A stretch of 62,662 bases of DNA, counting the filler, from Platydemus manokwari (taxonomy: Eukaryota): the NCBI GenBank assembly GCA_037951405.1. It is 5 parts of 5 records of this genome, joined end to end, with 100 filler letters (N's around TTAATTAATTAA, not from the genome) between each part and the next. Parts side by side here need not be neighbours in the genome. Positions count along the whole stretch, not along the records: positions 21,501 to 34,368 come from JBBMOY011934716.1; positions 34,469 to 45,772 come from JBBMOY010777759.1; 3 more parts are not named here. One strand, given 5' to 3'. The notes below the pieces were generated by a model. That model worked only from the letters and a program-made list of their open reading frames with translations, did not search any database and was not told where the DNA came from. Below are positions 26,235 to 39,808 of this stretch, one piece after another; the stretch's first letter is position 1; the number at the start of each line of letters is the position of its first letter. A program made the position numbers and the translations under genes.

Positions 26235-28049
26235 CATTGTGTTAACAACCTGCTGGTCTACAATACTCCTTGCACAGAGCATCATTTCAATTAATTATTA
26301 TACTTTCCTGCCAGAAACATCACATATTAAATAGTGGATTCTAATTGTAAAATCAGATTATTCTATATTTTCATGTTTGTCTTTTGATATTATCGATCCT
26401 TAGTCCGTATTTTTCTAGTTGTTTTTTCTTTTGACAGATTTTTAGACTTTCCTATTAATTTCTTAGAAATAATTTACGATCTCCATTGGTGACTTAATCA
26501 GTCGTTTTCCGATAATATAATATGATATCATAATTTGAAATTAATTTCCGTTTAAATATGTAGTCATTGGAAAATTGATCTGACAAAACAACAGATAATT
26601 ATGTTGCTTTAACTATATTTTTATTTACCATATTCAAAGTAATTTAAAAATATTTAAAAAACTGTAATAACATTCATAAAACCAATAAATGAAATGCTTT
26701 GAGAAAATAGAAACAAGAAAGACATTGTGGTGAAATTGGTTTAATTGTTATCGCTGAACTCGATAAAAATGTCTTATTAATATTTTAATACTTGATTTTA
26801 TTTTAATAATAAATTTTCAGTATTATGATTGCCATTGTAATTGCTTCTAAGAAAAAGTTATATAATTGTGGTAATAATAACAAGAAAACTGATTCAAGAC
26901 ACAAATGAATGAAGTCCATAAACATTGAAAAGAGGTTAGGATTAGAAAGCATCAGTGTTAAATACGAAAGACTTAGAGAGATAAAGCTCATGCAATCTAT
27001 TAAGATTGGGTAGGCGGGAAAGAAGGATGTAACAGTGGATATTGAAATTAGTATTGAAACCATGATAATGGAGTAAAAGTAAAACAGATAATTGCTATGT
27101 GTTTACTTTGAGCTTTTAGAGGTATTTAGTTTTAGAAATATATCAGTGATAATTTATAGATGAATATTTGCCTATATTTGAAGAATTCCAAGTTCTGATT
27201 GATTAATTAGTTCGTAAATTCAATGGACTGCGGAGATCGATCACAATTGTGGTAAATTATTATTAAGTAATTTATTGGAATATGCTTTGATGCTACCAAG
27301 AACTGAGGTGTTTGCATGTGATAAGGTGAAAAAATCTCACTTAAGAAAAATTCAGACAGTATGAAACGACTAAAATTCTCCATGGTAACTGATAAACAAA
27401 ATATGATAAAATCATTGAAATCATAGTCGAATGGAAAAGTAGGAAGGTAGAATTTTCACGATTAAGGTACATGAAATGGCAATTAATGTTATGGATTGTT
27501 GATATTCAAATATAATCATACAAGTCAACAGCGTGAGTTCTCATGTGTATATAAGGATTATTTTAATTTAAAATTAATAGTTCTTCACAGAGAAATCAAT
27601 ACTCTCGTTAAATTTTACTTTTTTAATCACAACATTTACACAAAGTTAACTCAAGCTATATGTATTACAAAACAAATTGATGAATGCGTGAACGTTAAGT
27701 TTTTACTTATGATTTTATCAATATAGAGTTTAAAAATATACGTAATTATGGTCCAAAAAGTATCAAATTTACCAGAAGATTCTTAATGCTGAGAAAAGAA
27801 TTGTTGGGTGTATCACAAATCAATCAAAAGGGTCACAAGAACCAAAGTAAAACTCTAACAAGGGTCCAAAAAAAATGCTAAATTTTATTTCAACATAAAA
27901 ATTTTCGTTTCGAGGCGGTGGGATATCCCTCACCTCATTTTAGTTTGTATGTTTCGTTGGCCTTCAGCAGTTGTCTTCCTTTTTAGGCAGAAGAATTATC
28001 TTCACAATCCCGAGAGTACGGCAGTCCTGATTTTGGTCCGTGCCGGATA

Positions 28050-28720
28050 ATTTTTGATTTTCTAGTTTCTTTCCCTATAACAGAATTGTAATTGTAATCC
28101 CTAACATGTGTACCTTGAGGGGTTGATCAGAGCTTACAGAGACTTTTGAAGACGGCATTGATCCACAATAAAATATTGAATATAAGAGACTGATAAAAAA
28201 AAACCAAGCAACCCCCAAACACCAACATTGCTATATCCCTGTTTGTTATTTTTCTCTTTCAATGCGCCGTGTAAGATAACCGTGATGGATATTTTTTCAT
28301 TCTCTGGTGCACTCTCAGTTTCACTATTTTAGTAGATTCCCAGTCTGTTTATATTTTGTTGCATTCAGGCCTTATTGGTTTCTCTTTAGTATTACTTATA
28401 TTAGACCCATGATGTCTATTGGCCATAACTAAATTCTGTCTTACTGTTTGAGGTATAGGTTTCAATATAATTTTCTTTGATCTACCCTTATTTTTTCCAA
28501 TTATACGTAATTCATATTGCTTGCACCTTTTCAATACTGATTTTCTTGATACCCTCAGAATTCTTGATAATCAATCTGAATTGATATTGGATTTTCCCGC
28601 CCTGTATATTATTTTTATACTGTAATCTTGTCATTTGATTAATCTGTTCTAAGACTTTATAACAACTTATGGTAAGCTTTTAGAATAATCTTAGTTCCGT
28701 ACGAATTGTTGAAATTCGTT
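28050..28720 (-). mobile_element. Decayed Ty3/gypsy RNase H-integrase junction
   Basis: Minus strand RLIK*QDYSIKIIYRAGKSNINSD*LSR matches the L.EY.F.I.YRPGK.N..AD.LSR motif; boundaries approximate. Confidence 0.65.
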
Positions 28721-31700
28721 AAGTAAGAGCATTAAATTTGTCAGATTTGGGGGTCAACGGTTTATTTTATTTCTTTATTTTTATTCTAATTTTAAACCAA
28801 TTGGCAATATTTAAGTCTTATCACTCTCTTAGAGTTCCTCGAACTCCTAAGTATCTACTAAACCTAATATTTTGTTGTTTCTTCGCCTAAATCGACTCTA
28901 ACTCATGCATGAAGACGGGATGGGCGGGTCTAAATATTGTTCCTATTATTTTAATACTATTTACTAAATTATCAGTCTCGTCATGCCTCTTTTGTACCTT
29001 CCAAAAAGGTAATAAACTTGATAATAAAATGATACTATTACTACAAATGCAGTTATTCCTTAGGGCACTTGCCAATTCTAATGTCAAAACTAAACTTGCT
29101 ACTGAATACACTTTTATTGATATAAATTACTACAGATGTACTATTATTATATGAATTATTACTGGTATACAATGATTTTATAAATTACTACTTTTATACA
29201 AGTAAACGACAAGATATATTGCACATTTCTTTGAAAAGCTCTGGTTATAATGGTCCCAAGAGGAATAAAACTAATTGTTGAAGTGGCTGGGAATAACCCG
29301 ATAAATAGAGAGAATATACGATTTTTATAAATGATGTATGATTTTACAGTTATTGATCTTACTGTGATTTCTCCTATTTTGGCATATTCCTCAGATCAGA
29401 TATCAATATTTAAATTTATCTTTAAACACTTGGCATAAACTTCTGAGAATATTGGAGAGAATCTGGGTGGCTCAAACTCGAAAGATCTATCTTCGTATGT
29501 CAACGCATTAAAGTTAGTGGCTATAATATTGGGGCTTTAAAACAGACGGTTCGGGAGACTAACTGTTGTTAGCCTATTTATACTGTGGTACTTGAGAAGT
29601 TACTATATAAGCTCATTTTTCACCATACTTCATCACAAAAATTAACAAAACACAAAAAATCACTCAAGAAAACAATAAGTAGCACAATAACTTTATCAGA
29701 ATAATTTCTAAGTGATAGTTTTATTTAATCAAGTTTTTTACCAAACAAGGAAGTCTCTGGAGAAAAGACAGTTGATCAAGGAAACTTTTTATTATTCAGA
29801 CATTAACAAGTTGAATTTATTTTCTTAACTCTATATTGCTTTTTTTATAAATAAAATTATAAGTCATTGTACCGAACTTATGTTCGTTGTTTCCATTTGG
29901 TTATAGATATTCGTTGAGTCGATATTGAAAGCTATCCACTTTCGCGGCATGTTGCGCAATTTGATAGATTTGTTATGCTGTTTTATTGCTACAAATTTTG
30001 ACTTTTCTTAAATAGATTTTATTATAAAACATTTGTTATCGAAAATGTAGTGCACTATATTTATTCAAGCTGATTGAGATCAAGGGATTATCTCATATTA
30101 TCCATTCAGGATAAATACCTTTTTTAGAGAGAATCAGCTACATTAACTTCAACAATTATAAAATTAATTACAGATATTGTATGTTAACCTTTAGATATTT
30201 TAATAAAATTCTGATAGTTTCGTCACCACATTAGTTTATTGAAGACTCAGAACCAGTGAAACTGAGGACGACAAATTATAATAATATTAAATCATAAAAT
30301 TTTATTCGTCTAATAAATTTCTTTAAAACTTATTTAAACAACCTGAATCATTTAAATAATCTTTGTAATTTCCATTATATTATTTAAAGAATGACAGTAA
30401 TTTATTAGTAGAATTTTGATGTTTAATACTTAAATTGTTTTGTATCAAATTATGTAAATATGTTAGGTTTACTTGGTTAGGTTTACATGGTTTTATACGA
30501 CAGAATTAGAAATCTAAAGGAGATCTGGCAATTGAAAGTTGATGAATTATGCAATTAACTTATACGTGTTTTTTATTCATTTTATAAACTTAACTCCAAT
30601 AGATACATGTTATAATTATAGCCGAATGTAAATATTTTAAGTGAATATACACAATTGAGTAAATAGCTCAATTAAAAATCAATAAAATACGATTATTAGT
30701 ATTATTACAAGACCTAACTGATTAAATTTTACAATAAATAATTTAATAATATTAAATAATTCACAAAATAAAAATGTTAAATGCCAAATAAGATAATGAC
30801 AAACAAACAGGTATAAATAGTGCTATTAATTTAAGATTTTTATTCTCTCAAGGTTTATATAGATAGAAATATTTATTCTAGAAGATAATTATGGCAATGC
30901 CCGTAAGAGATCTTGTTGCTGATTATCTTAAAAGTGGTTAGACGTAGTGTCTTTGTAGTCACAGAATTTTAACTTATTTTGAGACTGATTTTAATGAATC
31001 ACTTAGACTTTAGTTGTGTTCAAGTTAAATGTATATAAATGTTAAGAAGAAGTTAAAGTTGTTTATAAACAAAATAAAAACATTACTTAATTTATATTCA
31101 TGGAAATTCACCTGAGCTTGGTTGATCGTTTCAAATAGATAAATTGTTAGGAAATAACAATTTCATTATAAGTCTCCTTAATTTGATAGGTGTGTTCCTT
31201 TTATTACCGGTTGTCAGAAGAATTTTGGCTCGATAAAGTAAAATAATATTAATATTATGCTTGATTCCAAAGGTTCCGTAACAGAAACACCGATAATAAT
31301 TTAAATATAAATAAATAAAAGAAACAAATGAAACATAATTGTTAAATTAAACGATGTACAAATGATAATCAGAAAATAAGAATCCATTTACAAATATCAA
31401 ATAAAATAATAACAACGATAATAATAATAATAAAAGTACAATTTATGAATATAGAACAAATAGTCAGTTTTATCTGATCGGATCAGACAGAACAAACACA
31501 AAGGAAATAAAAATAATAACTTCATATTTGATGTTATCTCGTCAAAAAAATAAAACTTACAATAGAAAATAAAACATAACAAAATAAATATAGAAACGGC
31601 CATTACGCCATATAGCTGAACAAAATAAAAATATTGATCTAATATAAAAAATGGCGCCAACATATGAATGTTAAGTTACGAAATATAGCTATACAGTTTA

Positions 31701-32326
31701 TATAATAATATGAATCAATATTTTACAGGTACGGTTTTACTTTGGGTCTTCCAGGAAAATTGGTCTTCTGCACCAGATGATCTTCTTCAGTGCGTCAAAT
31801 TGAGATTTAAAAGATGGGTCTTCTTCATTTGATGTTACGTATAACGTCAGACAGCGACAATAACGGCAGTAATTTGTGAACGAGAATTATGGCAGTAAAA
31901 GTTAATGGCAGTGTTGATTGTGATTACTGCCTCATATAGGCAGTGTGAAAAAAAAATCTAATGCCAGTGGATATATTCACTCGTGAGAGAAATTCTCTCT
32001 GAATAAATTTATTAGACAGAGAAAATAACTCTCGATTAAATTTAATCTAGTGATTATTTTATTCTGTGACAGAATTTTCATGCACGAAAATAGATGATAT
32101 CGTATATTATTGTGTATTGATATTTTATAAATTAATTTGTTATTTTAGGTCATTTCGAGGGATTTGCTATTAGTGATTTTAGTGATATTATATTTCTACG
32201 GATTTATAAATAACAAATATTATAAACATTAGTTAAATAAAAATTAGTTTTGTTGGAATATTGAAAAAACGCGTGTAATTTTTAAATTAATAAATTTTAT
32301 AAAATAGAACCAGCTGATGTTTTTAT

Positions 32327-34174
32327 TGGCGACCGCGCCAAAATTACCACTTTTCCTAGAGCCAAAAGAGAAGAAAGGCAGAAAATATTTGAAAATCTAT
32401 CCCAAAAAACTCCGGAGTTATTAATCCCGAAGCCGTCGTTCTTCGATTCATCAACTCAAGATGCTGAAAAATGGTTTCAAACAACTAAAGATTTCGCCAC
32501 ATATAATCAAATGGAACTATCGTTTGCATTTGATATGTTGTTAAGAGATGGTGCCAAACAAATATGCAAGAATTCAGCAGTTTCAAAGAAGATGTTTCAA
32601 ATGAAGAAATTGAGAAATGGTTTTTGGAAAATTTATCACATTCCAAAACAGTGTACGACAAAGTTCAGAATTTGGCAGCAATTCAACAAAGAAGAGATGA
32701 AAAATACCGCAGTTATGAACTTCGGGTAAAGAAACTAGTTTCTGAGGTGTTTGACAAGAAAAACACTCTTGAAGAAATTTCAAAACTATTTATTCTGCAA
32801 GGTCTAAATAGCAAGAAATTGAAAGAGTCTTTTACTCTCGACCCTGCAATGTCCGACGATAGACGAATAGATCTATCTGTAAATTTGAACAATTTAACTC
32901 TGACGAAGCCGATAAAAGCCATCAAAAAACATATACTCAGTCAGTATTTCAAAATGACCCAAGAAAGACCTTTCAGAAGGAGACTTCGTTCAAAAAGCCA
33001 AGTCCAATCGTGCAGACAAGAGACTTTGATGCTAAGGGATATCATTGTGCATGGAATCTTCAAACAATACAAGATCAATGAAGGCTATTGCTTCTAAATT
33101 TTACAACTATTGCAGAGGAAAACCTGCACCACGTTGTGATTATTTAAAACCAGTAGCTTATTTTTGCTGTGGTGAACTTGGACATCGGAAGTTTGAATGT
33201 CCACTACGGAATAGATGTTTAATATGCGGAAAAGAAGGACATTCGTTCCCAGAATGTCATTTATCCAGAAAGCCTAGTTACAATAGTTCGAGGAGAATAT
33301 TGTGAATTCATGACGAAGAAGATAAAGCTGATGTTCAAACGGAACATGAAGCAAGTGATTGTGTTAGTTCACTCAATGGAAGACAAAAAACTGGAATGAA
33401 CCTCCTGTACCTATCTCGTCAGTGGGGTTGAGTCAATAGGACATATATCAACTAGAGATAGAATAGAAGTAAAGAAGGAAGATAATAAGAGGAAGAGGAA
33501 GCATTCACAGATGTATCAGAAAGCAGATGGTAAACAGTGGACTAAAATTGAGTGCAACGGCACACATATTGAAATGTTATGAGATTCTGGTGCAGTAATG
33601 AATGAGAGCAATTGGAGGCGCATTGGAGTTCCGCAGATTAAAAACTCTAATGTTCGATTGGCTGGTGTATTCTCCAATACACACAAATCGTGCTTAGGGA
33701 AAATAAGAATTCCAATAGTTTGGAACAACGAAATTCTAGTAAAGGAGATCATTGTAGTAAAAGAAATATCACCAGGATTTATCGAAAGGGTTGATATGAT
33801 GAATAGTTGTGGAATATTCCTTGCAGGGATAAAATCAATTGATGCCAAGGATGTGGAGAAGAAATACACCTATCAAGAGAGAATCGAAATGGCACTGAAG
33901 AGTATTACTGATAAGAATGATATTTCATTGAGTAGATGTATAAAAGAAAATCGCTCAATTTTTATGGCTTCTCGGTTCGATTTGGAACTCACAGATTTAG
34001 TCAAGCACAAGATCCGAACAAAAGGAGAACTTATTACACAAAATCCCAGAAGGCAGACAATAAATTTAGAAACCGAAATTCAAGAATTGATAGAAAATCT
34101 TCTCGAAGGTAATGTTGTACCGCCATGCAAAACCCTTTGGAACTCTCCTTTGGTGGTGGTTTCAAAGAAAGATG
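32327..34174 (+). mobile_element. Ty3/gypsy LTR retrotransposon, 5' part (PBS, gag, protease, start of RT), pseudogenised; the 5' LTR presumably lies just upstream but its left end is not defined
   Basis: PBS TGGCGACCGCG at 32327; gag with frameshifts; zinc knuckles (F)CCGELGHRKFEC and CLICGKEGHSFPEC; protease ML*DSGA (33574-33594); RT start TDLVKHKIRT...NPRR...WNSPLVVVSKKD. Confidence 0.92.
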
Positions 34175-34368
34175 TGTTGGAGTAGTATGGAACAACTCGT
34201 ACTCTACTCAGATAGTAAGAGCGAAGACGAGGAGAAAGTTCCATATGAAATCAAAACCTATGCTGAATGGAGACAGCAACAACAGCTGCTCCAAGAAAAA
34301 CCCAAGTTAAAAGGACCAAATGAGTTTAAGAGACCCCGAACACCTCCAAAACGACCCGGAACTCCTAA
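34175..34368 (+). mobile_element. Probable nested insertion (LTR-like start TGTTGG) interrupting the gypsy RT
   Basis: RT homology stops after SKKD where G..R.C.DYR.LN is expected; the new sequence starts TGTTGGAGTAG and runs to the spacer. Confidence 0.5.
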
Positions 34369-34468
34369 NNNNNNNNNNNNNNNNNNNNNNNNNNNNNNNN
34401 NNNNNNNNNNNNTTAATTAATTAANNNNNNNNNNNNNNNNNNNNNNNNNNNNNNNNNNNNNNNNNNNN
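34369..34468. other. Artificial contig spacer N44-TTAATTAATTAA-N44
   Basis: Identical to the other three spacers. Confidence 0.97.
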
Positions 34469-34779
34469 TTTTTTATTAAAAAATTGAATTATTAAAAAAT
34501 CAATTAATAATTCAATTTTAATTTTTAATTTTTTAATTTTAATTTTAAAATTATTTAATTTAAGTTTAAAGCCTCACACTGGTCAATGTCTGGTGGTATA
34601 TCATTTTTTGAGTCAGCATTTCTGTTGATGATGCTTGGCCGCTTGTCCATACTTTAATAATCTTATCATTGTCCATTTCTGCACCATCGTTTGCAATGTA
34701 ATCTCTACTTCCGATTTTCTTTACTTGATTATAGTTTTATTGAAAATCTTATTCACCTTCTTACTAGAGAGCTTATTAA

Positions 34780-35880
34780 ACTCCGCATAGATGATATCCG
34801 ATCACCAAATCTATTGCTGAAAAATATCTTGATCCCTGCGCGACATCAAATATTTCTTCGAAATACGGTATAGAAAGTATTAGTATGAACATAGTTGTAT
34901 TTAGCTTCCTATAATCTATACATATTCTAGTCATTCCATCTTCTGCTACTATTTTGAAATTTCATGCTGAATTACTTAGACTAATAACGTTTGATTCCAA
35001 CATTCTACCAATTAAATATTTAACTTCTTCTTCCAACTCTAATGAAATCCTATGGGGTATGACGGCTATTGGTTTTGTGAGTATTTATTTTAATACTGTA
35101 TTTCATGATCTCGCACTTTCCTAAGTCTTCTGGACCTGTACTAAAACTATTTCTGTATTTCGATAGAACCCTCATAAGGTTATTCCTATCCTCAGGATTC
35201 AGTTTATTATCTAATTTCTGTTCAATGTTTTCTAATATTTCATCTAGTCTACTTTCTCTCTTCACGGAACATGTATTATACAATTCAGCTGAATTCCCAA
35301 TGTCGTGATATTTTATTTCATTTATCTCTTATACCCAACCTAAATTCATTCGAATATAAATCTTCTTGGTGCCATTCTCAATTTGCTTCAAACTAATCAA
35401 AACATACCGTTATTTCCTTTAAGCAATGAATAGGCTATTTTCAAATCCCTCTTCATCCTGTTTCTCTTATTTGATACAAAACATGCTCCAAAACCCTATT
35501 CACTTTTCTGCTATTTCGGTCAGTAATCAGCATCTTCCAACAGCACATCATTCAATAATATAACTCGTTTATTATTCTTGTATCTCATCTTCTAATTTAG
35601 ATTTTATCCGGATTTTAGTAACAAAGGGTATCTCAACCTCTAATATTGATGCAATCCTCACTCGGTATAACCCACATACCATCTTTCTTCGTATAACGTA
35701 TTCCAATGAAATATTCTGGGAATAGTTCTGGTAATGCATCGAAATATTGAAGTGATTCTTCTACGCCAATTACAACTCTTAAATAAACCTGTCCTGAAAG
35801 TTTTATTATTGATACATTTGCACATCTAATCCTGTTTTTGATTGAATCATCATTTTTCATTAGTCTATTGACCAAATCTT
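34780..35880 (-). mobile_element. Decayed Ty3/gypsy protease-RT fragment
   Basis: Minus strand KYRNSFSTGPEDLGKCEIMKYSIKI, RMLESNVISLSNSA*, EDGMTRICIDYRKLN, IPYFEEIFDVAQGSRYFSAIDLVIGYH. Confidence 0.85.
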
Positions 35881-38800
35881 TGCTTATTACGCTAAATTCA
35901 GCTTTAATGCCAAATAGGATTTTTCTCTCTCATTTTTAACCTTGCAGTCGACTATCGATTTATTTCTTATTTTTCTAGTCTTCTTAAATAATCAGGTCAA
36001 TTTAAAGGTTTCATAAAGTTAGACACGAATTACAAACAAAATTTTTCCAATAAAAATTTCAATCTCTTAATGGAACAATCGAATATTTAATTGGAAAGTA
36101 AAATCTCTAACTCCAAATGCTCCAGTAAAAATTGTCTATATTCATGCATGTATATATAACAAGAATTGTCTTTATTCGAAAAGTTAAACATTGCTTTGTC
36201 AAATCAATATATATATGATGTATAAAGATTCTTAAAATATTTATCCATAAATTATAAATCACGATATTTGATAATGATATTGTGCACAAATTTGGAATAT
36301 CGGCCGAGAAGATACTCTTGGTCTAACCACTTACTAAGTCGCTCAATAATAAGTTTATGGAGCACAACACCTGTTTCTTCTTTGTAATACCGATATTCCG
36401 GAAAACTGTTCTCGAATATCACGCTATTCACAATTTATACTGTACTAAATATTTTACTCATATTTGAGTTTCTACCTCCTCTTAACATTAATACAAAGAT
36501 TAAACTTAATATTGTGATAATTTTATTGTTTTTAAAATATTTTGCGACCACAAGTATGCTTATAATCCGAGAATAAACCGGTAAACCTTTAAGATTACGT
36601 CTTTCTATAATGAAATATTTCTTGTGCAATATTTCCAAAATAAATGGGATCATAAAGGGGAAAAAGGTAAATCTGGTAAAATCGTTTGCTGCATTAATGT
36701 TACATTATCTCATAGAGTTTTGCTGTAATTCATAACACTACTGCGTGCTAAAATTTGGGAATTATTTATCCAAGTTATCGACTTGAATATCTCTCAAGTA
36801 TATATCGTTAGGTACATTTTCAAACTGATGGTTAAAGATTTTAGCTGACTAAAAGAAATACAAATCCATAACCCGACAATATTTTCGATCAATTTCGTAT
36901 GGATAATACAGGTGGAAATTGAACAATGAAAATATTTCCTGAAAGATGGAAAAGAAATTATTATGATATTTTTAGAGAATTTCCATTTCTAATTTCATAA
37001 TATAAATTATGAAGGGTAAAGACTTCGAATTTCTTTTGTTTAAACCGATATGGTAATATTTTATTATTTATAATTAAATTATTATCATATTATAAATTGT
37101 ATTTCGCTCATGTTTAGATATGGTTTGACGCATTTAGAAATTGCGGTGAATTACTTGCAGTAAATTTGTTTCTTTTTATCGATGTATATTTCTTTATTTA
37201 TACTGGATCAGTTCATTACATCAAAATATAAAAAGAAGAATCTTCAGCTTTTGAAATTGCACTAAATAAGCTGCAAAACAATCTCTGTTCAAATTGTTAA
37301 AGTTTTAATTGGATGTCATTTTAAACTAAACCCTTAAGATAAATCATCGAGATATGCTAATTTATCACCCGAGAGACTCATAAATAAAACTTTAAAAAAA
37401 TGTTGGGGATTTTGTCAAAACTATTAAATTTAATTAAGCTTTGAATAATTTTAATAAGTATTTGAACAATTTCTATTAGGTATATTGCAGTTATCTGTGT
37501 TTGCTGTTAGAACCATAAAGTTGTTGTAATTTTTAATCGGCAAGTGCCATAAGGCTCCACAATCATTTCCATAGATAATATCATAAAAATCATCTCATCA
37601 CTTTTTGACAAGATACATTTGAGACAGTTAAGGTTAAAAGATAATACAAAATCAATAAAACAATACATATATCCATTCAACCCGTCTTCATACGTGGATC
37701 AGAGTTGATAGAGGAGAAGGAACAACATAACGTTAGGTTTTGTGTTTTATGTTGATCATTAGAGCTACAAAGTACTGATAAGACTCAGATATTGCCCAAG
37801 AGTGTTAAAAACAATAAAGAATTATAATAATTATACAAAACCTAGAGTCCGAAAAATAAACAGTATAATAAATTTAATAACAGATAATTTCTCACTGCGA
37901 TAAATAAATTCCAGGAAGATAACAAAAATGTATGGCATTAAATTTAATTATAGAAACTATCTACGAGTAACTATCACTGTCTATATAAGACAACAGTCAC
38001 AATTACCACAATCATTTTGACACATTATTGGAGACACAGTTACACAGTACCATAATTGTTATATACGGGGATAGAACACGTTTTTTTACTAATCAAGAAC
38101 ATTACAATAATATTATTCATTTTCAAAGATTAGGATTCCACACATACCCAATATTTTACTGGAAGACCATGCAGTAAGATGCATTTATATAAAATACTAA
38201 TCTTTATCATTTCGTTTATCTCGTATTTTCGAGTTTGATGCAATCATCTTAAAAGATTTTGCACCACGAGAAGGAGTTTATAAACCGTCATTCTTAATCC
38301 AGGAATTTTTATGGTTTGTTAAAAGGTTCGATGTGTAGTGTAGAATTAAAATTAACTTGTAATTTTTATTTTATTTAGTTATCAATTTGTATCGTTGTTA
38401 TTTAAAAATAAACATTTGTAGTAATAAACCATAGTTATTGATAAAACAGGGATCATATCGCACATTATCGGTGGTGTCAGAGACTATAGGAATTTAAATA
38501 AGATGTATAAACTGAGATTGATAGTTAAAATATATCACTATTGCAACGCTTATTGACTTCACGCAATGAGGTTGAGCGAGGCGAAGATCAGAAAAAATAA
38601 TGTAGATTGGTCTAAATCAAGAACTGATTGAGACTAATTGCAACATTAGTGATATCAACTAGAAATAAGATTAATGAAATAATAAAATCAATCAGACCCG
38701 AATACAACAGAAATACAAATTAATAAAGTTAAGAAAACGGATTCTAAAATAAAACTTATGTTTATTAAGTGTACTGCAAAAAAAACAATTTTGTTTTTTA

Positions 38801-39545
38801 CTTATAATAATTTTAAAAAACTAAAATTTTTGATTTAATTATGTGAAAAGAATTTTAGTAGTTTGTTATCAAAAATTACACAAACTGGAACTTATAAGTA
38901 TTCCGAAAAATCGATAATTTGAAAACAAGATCAAAGATGATCATTTGCAAATAAATTAAAGTTACCTATGGCCGCTTTAGTAACATTAGAAACAAAAGAA
39001 GAGAAACTCTAAATTTTAACATTTATCTTATAATAACAAGTAATACTAGATTATTAAAACATGTCAGCGGTTTGTTAAGCCGATTTACAATTAAAATAAA
39101 TGTATAGATCTTCAATAAGTATGGTTGACAACATGTAGTAGCAATCTACTTTGTTTCTACTTACACATAATAATCTACATCCAAATAAACACCATGAGTT
39201 AAATAATTCTCATAAAATGGTAAATTTTTTTATAAAAATAAAAGTACAGATTTTAAAAAAATAATTAGGATTTAAAATTTGTCGATATCATTATTGTTTC
39301 TTTTTTCCAATCTAAAACCGCAGTGATTACAATAAAGAGAATAATTATAAGATGAAGTCAAAATAAACTATTGATGTATTACTTCATATTTAATTGATTA
39401 TATAAATCATGCAAACGTTTTTTTTATATCTTATAGTTAGATGTCGGTTATCAACATGACATAGTTAATCATTCAAAATGCTTAATCAATCAATGACACC
39501 AAATCATTTGAAATAAGAATAGTGAAAGACAATTGAAATTCAAAT

Positions 39546-39708
39546 AATCCATGCCACTTATCTAAAATTGAAATTTTTATAAAAATAAATTTTTGAGATG
39601 GCATTTTAGTAAATTATACTTGTAAAATTAATTATAAAATTAATTCATATGTGAAAATCCATCATAATGAAATTAGGTTAAAGGACCTCTTTCTTTAAAC
39701 TTAAGCTG
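39546..39708 (+). mobile_element. Diverged right end of the MITE family ~100 bp upstream of the JMJD6 ATG
   Basis: Ends AGGTTAAAGGACCTCTTTCTTTAAACTTAAGCTG, similar to the right TIR region of 25204-25641. Confidence 0.55.
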
Positions 39709-39808
39709 TTACTTTAATGTAAATCTTAGGTTTCTTCGAAACATTTAATTTTGTAAACATTTGTTTTAAATTCTGAAATTTTTAAATTGTTTTATTTAAA
39801 TTTAAATT

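Noticed and set aside
26800-27480. Purine-rich decayed reading frame, possibly a retroelement protease region
   Set aside because: No diagnostic motif could be read
31651-31661. TGGCGCCAAC (and TGGCGCCAT at 49912) as tRNA-Lys-type primer-binding sites
   Set aside because: Short match, not preceded by a definable LTR end nor followed directly by gag
36670-36850. Alternative genetic code (TAA/TAG read as sense) suggested by stop-interrupted frames
   Set aside because: The well-supported genes have no internal TAA/TAG and use them as terminators; decay or chance explains it
36250-38230. Possible minus-strand gene head-to-head with JMJD6
   Set aside because: Scattered splice-like sites and protein-like stretches, but in-frame stops and no consistent exon chain or recognisable domain
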